Source: Candidatus Woesearchaeota archaeon
Lineage (GTDB): Archaea; Nanobdellota; Nanobdellia; Woesearchaeales; SKGA01
Direction: 5' to 3'
Assembly (NCBI GenBank): GCA_016926395.1
Contig: JAFGOT010000010.1
Coordinates: 13,081-77,080 of the forward strand
DNA: 64,000 nt
The notes under the pieces: generated by a model
What the model was told of the DNA's origin: nothing
Database searches by the model: none
The model's input: the letters and a program-made list of their open reading frames with translations, nothing else
Part shown: in pieces, positions 19,456 through 28,886 of the stretch
Numbering within the stretch: position 1 is the stretch's first letter
How the letters are laid out: every line of letters begins with the position of its first letter
Translations under genes and position numbers: made by a program

Positions 19456-19934
19456 GCGAAACCACTCTTAAAAATATTATTAATCTTCTAAAGTCAAACA
19501 ACATCGAGTTTGTTCATTTTAATCATGAACCTGTTCCTAAAGATTCTCTTGGTGCTTCAAAAGTTAGAGGTTTGAGTCCTGATAGTGGAGCAAAGGCTTT
19601 AATCTTACAAGGTAAAAGTGGAAAATTTTACCAAACTGTTCTTTCAGGTCATTTGCGTTTAGACATTAAAAAAGTAAAAAATTTAACAAGTGAAAAAAAT
19701 ATTTCTTTAGCTTCTCCAAACGACGTCCTTGAAGTTACTGGTTGCGTTATTGGAACAGTCCCGCCAATGGGTGTTTTGTTTAATATTCCTGTTTATATTG
19801 ACCATTCATTATTAGAAAAAAAAGAAGTTGTTTTTTCTGCAGGAACTAGAACCGACACAATCAGAATTAATCCACAAGAATTTGTTAAAATAAACAAAGC
19901 AATTGTTGCAGATATAAGCAAACAAGTAGAATAA
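19452..19934 (+). CDS. YbaK/ProX aminoacyl-tRNA editing domain protein
   Basis: GAKALIL lysine, GCVIGTVPPMG, VYIDHSL, FSAGTRT motifs. Confidence 0.9.
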   Translation: MSETTLKNIINLLKSNNIEFVHFNHEPVPKDSLGASKVRGLSPDSGAKALILQGKSGKFYQTVLSGHLRLDIKKVKNLTSEKNISLASPNDVLEVTGCVIGTVPPMGVLFNIPVYIDHSLLEKKEVVFSAGTRTDTIRINPQEFVKINKAIVADISKQVE

Positions 19935-19936
19935 AA

Positions 19937-20545
19937 TTAAGATTCAGTTTTTGGTTGCATGAATGATCGACTATCTTCAGGTCTCATTCCAGTATAAACT
20001 TGTATTAATTGATAGAGGTCTTGACTTGCTTGAATTATTTCTCCTTTTGCAGCACCAAAAACTCCTCGGTTTATTCTGTTCCAAAATCTAAAGTGAAAGA
20101 ATTTTAGTATTGGGTTTGTTTGCCACTCACTATCTTTTTCTCCCCAATTTGAATGTAAGTAAAACTTAGCTCTTATTCGTATTTCTCCATTATCTAGTTT
20201 TTCTTTACTACCATTAATGATTACTTCTTTTTTTGCCATCAAAACAGTCTTGAACTCTAGTTTAAGATAAAATTTTAAGAATTTTATACTTCGTTCTTTC
20301 TCTAGTTTTGGGTCTCTCATTGCCCTCCACCAGATGTCGTGATTTAGCATGTTTCCTGGCAAGTGCATTTCATGGTAAAACGATTCAAAATCATCTCCAC
20401 CGTTTAGATCATACCATTCATTATCAACCATAAAGTCGTGCATTACTTTGTAGAGTCCTTTTAGGTCAAAGCTTTCCTTTATCGTTAATTCCCATTCACT
20501 AAAAGGCCCTCCTTTTAGGACTGAGAAAGGTATTTTTCCTGCCAT
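19937..20545 (-). CDS. Hypothetical protein
   Basis: 202-aa ORF, co-oriented and adjacent to the MFS gene; no motif recognised. Confidence 0.75.
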   Translation of the reverse strand: MAGKIPFSVLKGGPFSEWELTIKESFDLKGLYKVMHDFMVDNEWYDLNGGDDFESFYHEMHLPGNMLNHDIWWRAMRDPKLEKERSIKFLKFYLKLEFKTVLMAKKEVIINGSKEKLDNGEIRIRAKFYLHSNWGEKDSEWQTNPILKFFHFRFWNRINRGVFGAAKGEIIQASQDLYQLIQVYTGMRPEDSRSFMQPKTES

Positions 20546-20546
20546 T

Positions 20547-21980
20547 TTAGAATTGTTGTCTTTTATTTGATTTTATTACTAGCGCAAAATATACTGGCGC
20601 CACAATTAGTATTAGTATTCCTACGATTCCCTGAAAAACTAATTCAAAGGAGTATGCACTTGCAATCCACGCTCCAATTCCTGATATTATTAGGAAAGGT
20701 ATTGCTGATATTGATCGCAGTGAATGATAAAATGCTTTTCTTTCTGATAAAGATAATAATTTTCTAGTTAAAAGTCCTTGAGCCACACCAAGTATGCTTG
20801 CTCCAATTATTGCAAGTGATGCCGCAACTAATACTGGATAAAATGCTTTATTAAATAATAATATTAAAGGTAATAATGCTAAAAGCAAAGTTCCAAAAAC
20901 AAACATAGGAGCCAATCCCGCTCTTCTTTGAACAAATCTTGTGAATGCAGGTCCAATAAAGGATGCTAGTATTGCAACACCAAAGATTATTGCTACATTT
21001 AGAAAACCACCAAAATAGTATTCCCTAAATAATTTGTAGATAAAATATCCATAAAATGATGCACCAAGTGATTGTACTACGCTTACAAATAATGAAGCCA
21101 CAAATAATAATTTCATTGTTGCGTTTTGAAGAAATATTTTTCTATTGGATTTTAATCCGTGTCTATACTCTCTCCAAAATTCTTTGAAAGGATAATTTTG
21201 TTGTGTTATTTCTCTTGTTGGAATGTTTGATAAAATAAATCCTGATAGAATAAACATTATTGCTGCCAGTTCAAAAATTAAAAAATATCCTGTTAATGGA
21301 ACTATAAATCCGCTAATATCAATGACCGTTCCTGAAGGAAACATCTGTAAAAGCCATCCCGAAACTAAAAAGGCTATTGCAGTTATTAACACACCATAAT
21401 GAGCAACTTCTTTTAGAAATTTTGCTTTTCTTTCATGTTTTATTTGTTGATCCAATAATTGAGTATAAATTTGACCATATGTTACAATTCCAACACTACC
21501 TAATATTACTGATATTGCATATATTGGAATAGATTGTAGTCTTATTCCAAGCACTATTCCTAAGAAACTAAATCCAAAAAATATTCCTGCAAAAGATAAC
21601 ACGTTTTTACTTAAGGTCCTTACTCGTGAATATTCATCAATAAATGCAGATATAAAATCACCTATTACATCTCTAAGTGCATTAACCATTCCAACTAGAA
21701 AAGCTCCAGCTCCACTTAAAAAGAAAAAGATTGTTACCCATTGATGAGCTCCAAGACCATAACCTATTCTGTCAAGAAACTCTTTTAGTGAAAATGCTCT
21801 GTTTAGAAGTTTGTATCTTTTTTTGGTTGATTCAATTAATTTTTCTTGAGATGCGCCAAGTGCCAAATCGGAATCTACAAGATCATCTTTTTGAATTCTT
21901 GATTCAATGTCTTCAAAATCTCCTTGTCGTTCCAGGTCCGCTTCTAGCTTCTTCTCAACATTATTAATATTGTCGACCAT
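20547..21980 (-). CDS. MFS transporter with soluble N-terminal extension
   Basis: About 12 TM helices after an acidic ~70-aa leader. Confidence 0.82.
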   Translation of the reverse strand: MVDNINNVEKKLEADLERQGDFEDIESRIQKDDLVDSDLALGASQEKLIESTKKRYKLLNRAFSLKEFLDRIGYGLGAHQWVTIFFFLSGAGAFLVGMVNALRDVIGDFISAFIDEYSRVRTLSKNVLSFAGIFFGFSFLGIVLGIRLQSIPIYAISVILGSVGIVTYGQIYTQLLDQQIKHERKAKFLKEVAHYGVLITAIAFLVSGWLLQMFPSGTVIDISGFIVPLTGYFLIFELAAIMFILSGFILSNIPTREITQQNYPFKEFWREYRHGLKSNRKIFLQNATMKLLFVASLFVSVVQSLGASFYGYFIYKLFREYYFGGFLNVAIIFGVAILASFIGPAFTRFVQRRAGLAPMFVFGTLLLALLPLILLFNKAFYPVLVAASLAIIGASILGVAQGLLTRKLLSLSERKAFYHSLRSISAIPFLIISGIGAWIASAYSFELVFQGIVGILILIVAPVYFALVIKSNKRQQF

Positions 21981-22103
21981 AAGAATTTTGATGAATTTAG
22001 CGTATATAAAGGCTTCGCTTCAAAAAACGTTGTTCCTATAAAGTAGTTCAATAATTTTTTTCTAGAAATATTTATAAAGCAAATTTCGTAGTTAAAACTT
22101 GTA

Positions 22104-23339
22104 ATGGGAATCGCACGTAGCATTCGTCGAGCAATTGGACGAGGGGAAAAAACTATTCAACCATCTTGGGTTCTAGATTTGAAGAGTAAAGTTCTAAATG
22201 CCCCAAAAATATCATCATATCATAATGGCAAAGAGGAAGTTATTCTTGTTGGCACTCAAGAAGGAAAATTGTATCAAATGCAAAGCAATGGTCGTGTTAT
22301 GTGGACATTTAATGCAGGCAATACATTAAGCGAACAAGAACTAATGTTTGTCGATTCTGAAACAGTCAATAGCATCAACACCGTCCCGTTAGTAGCAATG
22401 CTTGGAACTACTCAAGTCATTTTATTTGGAACTGAATCAGGCTCCCTTTTTTGTATAAACACGGAAGGTAAGCAAATTTGGAAAGGAACAACACAAGGCC
22501 CTATTAGAGGTCAACCAATCCTTAGTAATTTTAAAGGAAAAGAAAGCGTTATTGTTGGTTCAAATGATGGTAATGTCTATTTATTCTCTCACAAAGGAGA
22601 AATTATAGAAGTTATAGAATTAGAATCTCCTGTCGAAACTAGTCCCCTCCATACAAAAGAAATGCTTATTGTTGGAACTAGAGAAGGAGAAGTTATTGCA
22701 ATTAACAAAGAAAGTGAAATTGCTTGGAGATTTAAAACAGAAGATCGGATCACCGCAAATATTATTCCAGCGATTCTTAGCGAAAAAGGTGGCGAAGTTC
22801 TCCTAGTAGCCTCGCAAGACAATACACTGTATGCATTAAATTTTGAGGGAGAAGCACAATGGACTTTTCCAACTGAAGGAGCCCTTATTTCAGAAGTTGT
22901 TGCTCAAGATATAAATGGCGATAACAAAAAAGAAATTATTTTTGGGTCATGTGACAACAAAATTTATTGTATTGATGCTAATGGCGAGCTTATCTGGTCT
23001 TATGAAACTGATTTTTGGGTTACAGCAACGCCTATTGTTGCTGATATTGACAAAGACGGAACAATAGAAGTCGTCGCAGGCAGTTATGACCACAAGGTCT
23101 ATGTTCTTGATAGTCAGGGTGATTATAAATTAGATTATATCCCTGGTCTTGGCGGAGTAGTTAACCAGTCAGGCCATTATTCAAACACGATGCACACAGA
23201 AGTTGGAAAAAATCAAGGAAAACTCTTCTGCACTTATTCGTTAGAAGGAAATATCGTTGGTGCTGCATTAAGTGGCTCTGGAGCAATAATTGCGAACACC
23301 AAACAGGGCAAAGTTTATAATATAAGAGTTGACTATTAA
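22104..23339 (+). CDS. PQQ-like/FG-GAP beta-propeller repeat protein, no signal peptide
   Basis: Repeats of the type VIxVGTxEGxLYxxxxxGxxxWxF; FG-GAP-like loops DINGDNKKEIIFG and DIDKDGTIEVVAG. Confidence 0.85.
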   Translation: MGIARSIRRAIGRGEKTIQPSWVLDLKSKVLNAPKISSYHNGKEEVILVGTQEGKLYQMQSNGRVMWTFNAGNTLSEQELMFVDSETVNSINTVPLVAMLGTTQVILFGTESGSLFCINTEGKQIWKGTTQGPIRGQPILSNFKGKESVIVGSNDGNVYLFSHKGEIIEVIELESPVETSPLHTKEMLIVGTREGEVIAINKESEIAWRFKTEDRITANIIPAILSEKGGEVLLVASQDNTLYALNFEGEAQWTFPTEGALISEVVAQDINGDNKKEIIFGSCDNKIYCIDANGELIWSYETDFWVTATPIVADIDKDGTIEVVAGSYDHKVYVLDSQGDYKLDYIPGLGGVVNQSGHYSNTMHTEVGKNQGKLFCTYSLEGNIVGAALSGSGAIIANTKQGKVYNIRVDY

Positions 23340-23361
23340 GAGTAAAAAGAGGTAATTGGGT

Positions 23362-24177
23362 ATGGTTGAGCCTATAGTAAGAAATAAAGACGAAATCGTT
23401 CGTATCAAAACACACATTCAAGGTTTTGACGAAAAAATGCAGGGAGGAATCCCTAGAGGACACATTACACTTATTGCAGGTTCTGCAGGAACCATGAAAT
23501 CTTCTCTATCATTTAACATATTATATCATGAAGCTCTTTTAAACAACCGTGTTGGATTATATCTATCTCTTGAACAATCATATTCTTCAATTATTAATCA
23601 TGTTATCAACATGGATTATGACCTAACAAAAATTAATTTAGTTGTTGTTAGAGAATTATCTCAACTACCACAAGAAGTTGAAAAAGTAAATGCTTCTAAA
23701 AAAGGAAGTTTAATCATTGTCGACATTGGTTGTGTTAGAAAAGAAATCAAAGATGTCCGAGTTGATGAGAACAGAAGTTGGCTTAATGTTCTTAAAAATG
23801 TAGTTAAAAAAATAAAAGAACAATCAAGACTTGACTTATTTGTATTAGACTCAATGAGTGCTCTTCATACATTATCCAAATTTAAAAATCCTAGAATTGA
23901 AATTTTCTATGTTTTTGAGTTCTTAAGAGATTTAAATATAACTTCTTTCGTCCTAACTGAAACTCCTCTTGACGGTTCTAAGATTGGTGATTTCGATGAA
24001 GACTTTTTATCAGATGGTATCATATACATTAGATTAACATCTTATCGTCGAAAACAAATTCGAGAAATCAGTGTTTTAAAAATGAGAACAACTAGCTGTG
24101 ATCATGACACATATAGTCTTGAATTTAAAGGCGGAAACTTTGTTGCAGCATATGGTGGACAAAACCCACTCATGTAA
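23362..24177 (+). CDS. KaiC/RecA-superfamily ATPase (single domain)
   Basis: KTHIQGFDEKMQGGIP, Walker A GSAGTMKS, LSLEQ, FVLDS, DGIIY, ISVLKMR; RBS GAGGT at 23349. Confidence 0.88.
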   Translation: MVEPIVRNKDEIVRIKTHIQGFDEKMQGGIPRGHITLIAGSAGTMKSSLSFNILYHEALLNNRVGLYLSLEQSYSSIINHVINMDYDLTKINLVVVRELSQLPQEVEKVNASKKGSLIIVDIGCVRKEIKDVRVDENRSWLNVLKNVVKKIKEQSRLDLFVLDSMSALHTLSKFKNPRIEIFYVFEFLRDLNITSFVLTETPLDGSKIGDFDEDFLSDGIIYIRLTSYRRKQIREISVLKMRTTSCDHDTYSLEFKGGNFVAAYGGQNPLM

Positions 24178-24282
24178 ATAACAACCATTCTGTAAATTTT
24201 TTATTTCTAATTTTATACTGTTTATATAATTTAAAAAAGAAATTTGCAAAGCTATTTATACTAAACAAACATCTCTAATTTT

Positions 24283-25512
24283 ATGCGTTTTATTCATGTT
24301 GCTGATTGTCACTTGGATGGTTTTCGTGAGGAGAAATTATCAAAATTAGGATTTCAAAATTTCATTTATATAATTGATAAATGCATTGAAGAAGATATTG
24401 ATTTTTTGATAATTGCGGGCGATTTATTTAACAGCGCTCTTCCAAGAATTGATGTTTTAAAACAAACTATTGCACAGCTTAGAAGATTACAACATAATGA
24501 AATTCCTGTTTATTTTATTCCCGGAAGTCATGATTTTTCCCCCCAAGGTCGAAGCATGCTCGAGATAATTGAGCTTGCAGGCCTTGGCCATAATGTTATG
24601 AAAGGCGAAGTAGATGAAGAAGGTAAACTTCATCTGAATTTAACTATTGATAAAAAAACTTCTTGCCAGCTTGTAGGCATTCAAGGTAAAAAAGGAATGC
24701 TTGATAAGAAATACTATGAACAACTAGCTCCAATAACAATAGATAAATCAAAACCATCCGTATTCTTATTTCATACATCCATCACTCAGCTTAAACCTAA
24801 AGAACTTGACAAAATGGAAAGTTATGATGCAACACTTCTCCCTCCTAATTTTGACTATTACGCAGGCGGTCATGTTCATATAACAGAAGAAATAACACAT
24901 CCAACAAATCCTAAAGCACACATCACATATCCCGGACCGACGTTTCCCAACAGTTTTTCCGAACTTGAAAAATTAAAAGAAGGATATTACATTCTCTATG
25001 ATAACGAAAATGGAAGTGAGGTTCCATGGAAGCGTGTATCAATTCCTTCAAAACGCGTTTTGAGCTTGAATTTTGATGCAAATAATTTGACTCCCCATCA
25101 GGTAGAAGAAAACCTTTTATCTGAAATTGAAAAATTAGAAGTATCAAACTCAATAGTTCTTTTGCGTTTTGTTGGAACTCTTATTGAAGGCAAAACCACA
25201 GATATAGATTTTAAAAATATTTTTCGTGAACTCTACGACAATGGTGCTTACACTGTTTTGAAAAACACACATAATTTAACAAGTAAAATATTTGAAGAGA
25301 ATCAAAGCGACCATTCTTTATCTGCAAAAGAGATTGAAGAGGATGCAATCAAAGAACATCTTAATCAATTCAAACTTCCTGAGAATTTAAACGAACAAGA
25401 AGTTATTAGCGAATTATTACGACAATTAGATCAAGAACCAATCGATGGCGAGAAAAAACACACATTTAATGATAGAATAATAGAACAGTCAAAACTTATT
25501 CTTGAAAAATAA
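24283..25512 (+). CDS. mre11: Mre11/SbcD DNA-repair nuclease
   Basis: Metallophosphoesterase motifs DCHLD, GDLF, PGSHD, FLFH, GGHVH, YPGP, plus capping domain. Confidence 0.88.
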   Translation: MRFIHVADCHLDGFREEKLSKLGFQNFIYIIDKCIEEDIDFLIIAGDLFNSALPRIDVLKQTIAQLRRLQHNEIPVYFIPGSHDFSPQGRSMLEIIELAGLGHNVMKGEVDEEGKLHLNLTIDKKTSCQLVGIQGKKGMLDKKYYEQLAPITIDKSKPSVFLFHTSITQLKPKELDKMESYDATLLPPNFDYYAGGHVHITEEITHPTNPKAHITYPGPTFPNSFSELEKLKEGYYILYDNENGSEVPWKRVSIPSKRVLSLNFDANNLTPHQVEENLLSEIEKLEVSNSIVLLRFVGTLIEGKTTDIDFKNIFRELYDNGAYTVLKNTHNLTSKIFEENQSDHSLSAKEIEEDAIKEHLNQFKLPENLNEQEVISELLRQLDQEPIDGEKKHTFNDRIIEQSKLILEK

Positions 25513-25513
25513 T

Positions 25514-26026
25514 TTATTGTAAAAATTCAACTAAATCAACAAATTCAATTTCTTCTCTTGTTGCTTTCAAATCTTTAAAAGTGAATTCTTGTGTTTGCTT
25601 GTCAAATGCAACGCAACAGTCTTTAACAACAGTTATTTCAAAATCTCTATCGTAAGCATCTTGAACTAAACTTCTAACACAAAGATTTGTTAGTATTCCG
25701 CAAATAACAATCTCATCAACATCTTCTAACTCTTTTTCTAAATTTGTGTTATAAAAAGAACTTATCTTATTCTTTGTAATAATAACATCTTCTTTTTGTA
25801 TATCTATTTCCGACATTATTTTAATATTTTTAGAATTAGGTGCGAAAGCATCATCGGACTCTTCTTCTACGTGTTGGGTAAAAATTATTTTATATCCTTT
25901 CTCTCGACAAAAACTAATTAATTTATTGGTATTATCAAGCTCTTTAGAAATGTCTCCCACATAATAATCAGAGTTCTCATCAAGCCATTCATTTTGATAA
26001 TCAACTAAAATTAACGCTTTTGTCAT
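25514..26026 (-). CDS. Isochorismatase/nicotinamidase-like cysteine hydrolase
   Basis: LILVDYQNEW, KNKISSF, GILTNLCV, DAYDRDF; RBS GGTGA before ATG 26026. Confidence 0.9.
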   Translation of the reverse strand: MTKALILVDYQNEWLDENSDYYVGDISKELDNTNKLISFCREKGYKIIFTQHVEEESDDAFAPNSKNIKIMSEIDIQKEDVIITKNKISSFYNTNLEKELEDVDEIVICGILTNLCVRSLVQDAYDRDFEITVVKDCCVAFDKQTQEFTFKDLKATREEIEFVDLVEFLQ

Positions 26027-26044
26027 ATTGTTCACCTATTGAAC

Positions 26045-27160
26045 TTAAATAATCGCATCTTTTATTTTAATTTTTTGTTCTTGCAGTTGTTTATCAAAAG
26101 AATCATATGTTAACCAAGAAGCATAAGTCCTACTAAATAAATAATAATCAGAATCAGATATAACAGAATCAATCCAAGAGAGGATAGAATCATCAGTATA
26201 AGTTTTATTTGTCAATAAAAAAACATTGCTATTAATTTGATTAATATTTCCTCGAAATGAACCATCTTGAGGTTCTATTAAAAAGGCACCATCCAAATCA
26301 TCCAAATCTGAAGATGATAAAATAGGTTTTTCAGTAAAAGCAAGCATACAACGACCTGCAACATTTCCTAACACAGGGTCATAAAGGGCGCCGCAAACAA
26401 TATTTGGATAAGTAAAATTCTCAATAGTGACTAAAGCCACGTCATCTAAATACCATGTACGAGCGTTATTAAGCCAATATTTTCTAGTGTCCGAATCATC
26501 ATTAGGAAGAGTCCATCCTTTCAAAACAACAGATTTGCCTTCGCATTGAGACAAAACATAATTATATTCTGCCTTATAAAATAATGAATAATCTTCACAG
26601 TCACCACCATTATTATCTAAGAATTCTGTTAAAGAGCTTAGTTTATCTTCTTTACTGTATGTCTCGTTATCATAATGATAACTCAAGTCAAAGTATTCTG
26701 AGTTTAATAAATAAAAACAGCCTAATTTTATTTCACATGTATTTTGCTTAATTTCAAAACAATAAGAATCCAATCGAGATTTTATTCGTTCTTCTGTTTT
26801 CGACTGCCCTAAAACGGAATTTTTCTTATACCAAGATAACGCATTTTGTATTTCTGTTTGATAAGTATTTATCGCACCAATAATGTCAGCAGATTCTTTT
26901 TTTAATCCATCGTAATCATTTTTAGCATCTGCTAAATTAGTTTCCAAATTCAATTTTTGAGAATTTAAAACAGCATAAGAATCATTCAAAGAACTAAATT
27001 TATTTTCTAAAGTAGACAGCTCATATTTATATGAGTCTATAGTTTGATTTAAAGAATTAATTTTTACCATTAAAAAAGCAAACACACAAAGAAACAATAT
27101 CACAAAAACCATAAATAAATCAAAAGAGATTGTTGATTTGGATTTTGTTTTCCTTGACAT
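26045..27160 (-). CDS. Membrane-anchored coiled-coil protein with transglutaminase-like C-terminal domain
   Basis: N-terminal TM, ~90-aa coiled coil, GGDCEDYS motif, LIEPQ. Confidence 0.65.
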   Translation of the reverse strand: MSRKTKSKSTISFDLFMVFVILFLCVFAFLMVKINSLNQTIDSYKYELSTLENKFSSLNDSYAVLNSQKLNLETNLADAKNDYDGLKKESADIIGAINTYQTEIQNALSWYKKNSVLGQSKTEERIKSRLDSYCFEIKQNTCEIKLGCFYLLNSEYFDLSYHYDNETYSKEDKLSSLTEFLDNNGGDCEDYSLFYKAEYNYVLSQCEGKSVVLKGWTLPNDDSDTRKYWLNNARTWYLDDVALVTIENFTYPNIVCGALYDPVLGNVAGRCMLAFTEKPILSSSDLDDLDGAFLIEPQDGSFRGNINQINSNVFLLTNKTYTDDSILSWIDSVISDSDYYLFSRTYASWLTYDSFDKQLQEQKIKIKDAII

Positions 27161-27182
27161 ATATTAAAACTAATCAAAGAAG

Positions 27183-27190
27183 TATTTAAA
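27183..27190 (-). promoter_or_regulatory. TATA box, 23 bp upstream of ATG 27160
   Basis: Minus strand GAAAGATTTAAATACT. Confidence 0.6.
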
Positions 27191-27242
27191 TCTTTCACAC
27201 CAAATAGGATAAATAAAAAAGAAAAAGAAAAAAGTTCAAACC

Positions 27243-28538
27243 TTAAGGTTTGAAACGCAACATTGTACGCGGGAATGGAATACAATCTTTAATATTCTCT
27301 GTTCCAGTTATCCATTGCAACACTCTTTCTGTTCCAACACCATAACCTGAATGAGGAACACTTCCCATTCGTCTAAGGTCCATATACCAAGAGTATTGTG
27401 TGATATCTTCACCATCAGCTGCTAATCGTTCTTCCATATCTTTTACATCAAGACTCCGTTCACTACCACCAACTATTTCTATTCCTATTTGCGGAGCTAG
27501 CATGTCAAAACATAATGCTTCGTCAGGGTTTTCTGGATCACGTGGTTTGTAAAATCCCATTGCTTCAACAGGATAATGTGTGACGCATACAGGAGTATCA
27601 AAGTGACTCATTATTGCTTTCTCTTCTTCAGTACGCAAATCTTTTCCAAATGGGACTTCAATACCATCTTTTTCTTTGATTAAAGCGAGAGCTTCTCGGT
27701 ACTTTATTGTTGGCCATTCCCTTTCTGTCATTGCTATTAGTGCATCAGGGTCTTGTTCCAAAATAATAAAGTCATCTCTACAACGTTCTGCAGTTTGTTT
27801 AATACAATACTTTAGTTCTTTCTTTGCAAATTCACTAACGTCTTTTAGTTTAAACCATGCAGCTTCCATTTCAGCCATCCAAAACTCGCTTAAATGTCTT
27901 GAAGTTTTAGATTTTTCAGCACGAAATGTAGGACCAAAGTTGTAGATTTTTTCTAGTGCAAATATCCCTGCTTCACCATAGAATTGCCATGTTTGTGCAA
28001 GATAAGTTTTTTCTTGATAGTATTTTACTTCAAAAATTGTACTTCCACCTTCTGATTGTGTTGGTTGAAGGATCGGTGTGTCGAATCTAAAGAATCCTTC
28101 CTCTCTAAAGAATTGTTCTCTAGCTTGAACGTATGCACTTCTTATTCTAAGAATTGCTGCTTGCTTTCTTGTTCGAATACTTAAGTGTCTATTGTCAAGA
28201 AGAAATTCTGGTGATTGATCTTGTCCAAGTGGAAAGTCTGCACATTCTCCAACTACAGAGAATTCCTTAACAGCAACTTCATATCCTCCAGGAGCTCTAT
28301 CGTCTTTTTTGATAGTTCCAGATACTTCGATACTGGCTTCTAGTCGTAGTTTATCAGCTACTAAAAATGCTTCTTCGCCAATAACTTCTTTTTCAATCAC
28401 TAATTGAATAATATCAGCAGAGTCTCTAAGAACAACAAATTTTAGTTTCTTACTTCCTCTTTCTCGATATACCCAACCTCTAAGGGAGACTTCCCCAGTT
28501 CCTTGTGATTTTGCTTCTTTTATTGAAATAAATTCCAT
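27243..28538 (-). CDS. asnS: Asparaginyl-tRNA synthetase
   Basis: LRGWVYRER, FLLDNRHLSIR, YLAQTWQFY, GPTFRAEKSKTSRHLSEFWMAE, EIVGGSER, PHSGYGVGTER. Confidence 0.93.
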   Translation of the reverse strand: MEFISIKEAKSQGTGEVSLRGWVYRERGSKKLKFVVLRDSADIIQLVIEKEVIGEEAFLVADKLRLEASIEVSGTIKKDDRAPGGYEVAVKEFSVVGECADFPLGQDQSPEFLLDNRHLSIRTRKQAAILRIRSAYVQAREQFFREEGFFRFDTPILQPTQSEGGSTIFEVKYYQEKTYLAQTWQFYGEAGIFALEKIYNFGPTFRAEKSKTSRHLSEFWMAEMEAAWFKLKDVSEFAKKELKYCIKQTAERCRDDFIILEQDPDALIAMTEREWPTIKYREALALIKEKDGIEVPFGKDLRTEEEKAIMSHFDTPVCVTHYPVEAMGFYKPRDPENPDEALCFDMLAPQIGIEIVGGSERSLDVKDMEERLAADGEDITQYSWYMDLRRMGSVPHSGYGVGTERVLQWITGTENIKDCIPFPRTMLRFKP

Positions 28539-28641
28539 TTAATATCTTCCTCGTTATATTTTATTTTTGTATTATCAAGTAAATATAAATTCTGCTATTG
28601 TATGAACAATTGCTAATAACTCTAAGAATAAGCTTTGGCTC

Positions 28642-28716
28642 TCAATTAATCACACTATAAACTAGGTCAAACGTTGTTTTTCCAGCAATTCTGTCTATTT
28701 TATAGTATGCGTACAT
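28642..28716 (-). CDS. Possible 24-aa small ORF (MYAYYKIDRIAGKTTFDLVYSVIN)
   Basis: ATG preceded by AGGT RBS-like sequence inside the asnS-tgt gap; no homology evidence. Confidence 0.2.
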   Translation of the reverse strand: MYAYYKIDRIAGKTTFDLVYSVIN

Positions 28717-28886
28717 ATTAATTACCTAAATGATTACAATTGCGTGAAGTTCTTCACATACAATTGTTCATTTATGCCAAAAATTGTAGAACAATTATTG
28801 TGCATAAAACACCAAAATGAGCTTCTCATATATAAATGTTAATGCTAAAACAGTTTTTCTGACTTTCTGAATGCTGTTCGGTGTTT

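Noticed and set aside
23362-24177. RadA/RadB or true circadian KaiC call
   Set aside because: Single domain, no RadA N-terminal HhH, and no KaiA/KaiB in the window; left as a KaiC-like ATPase.
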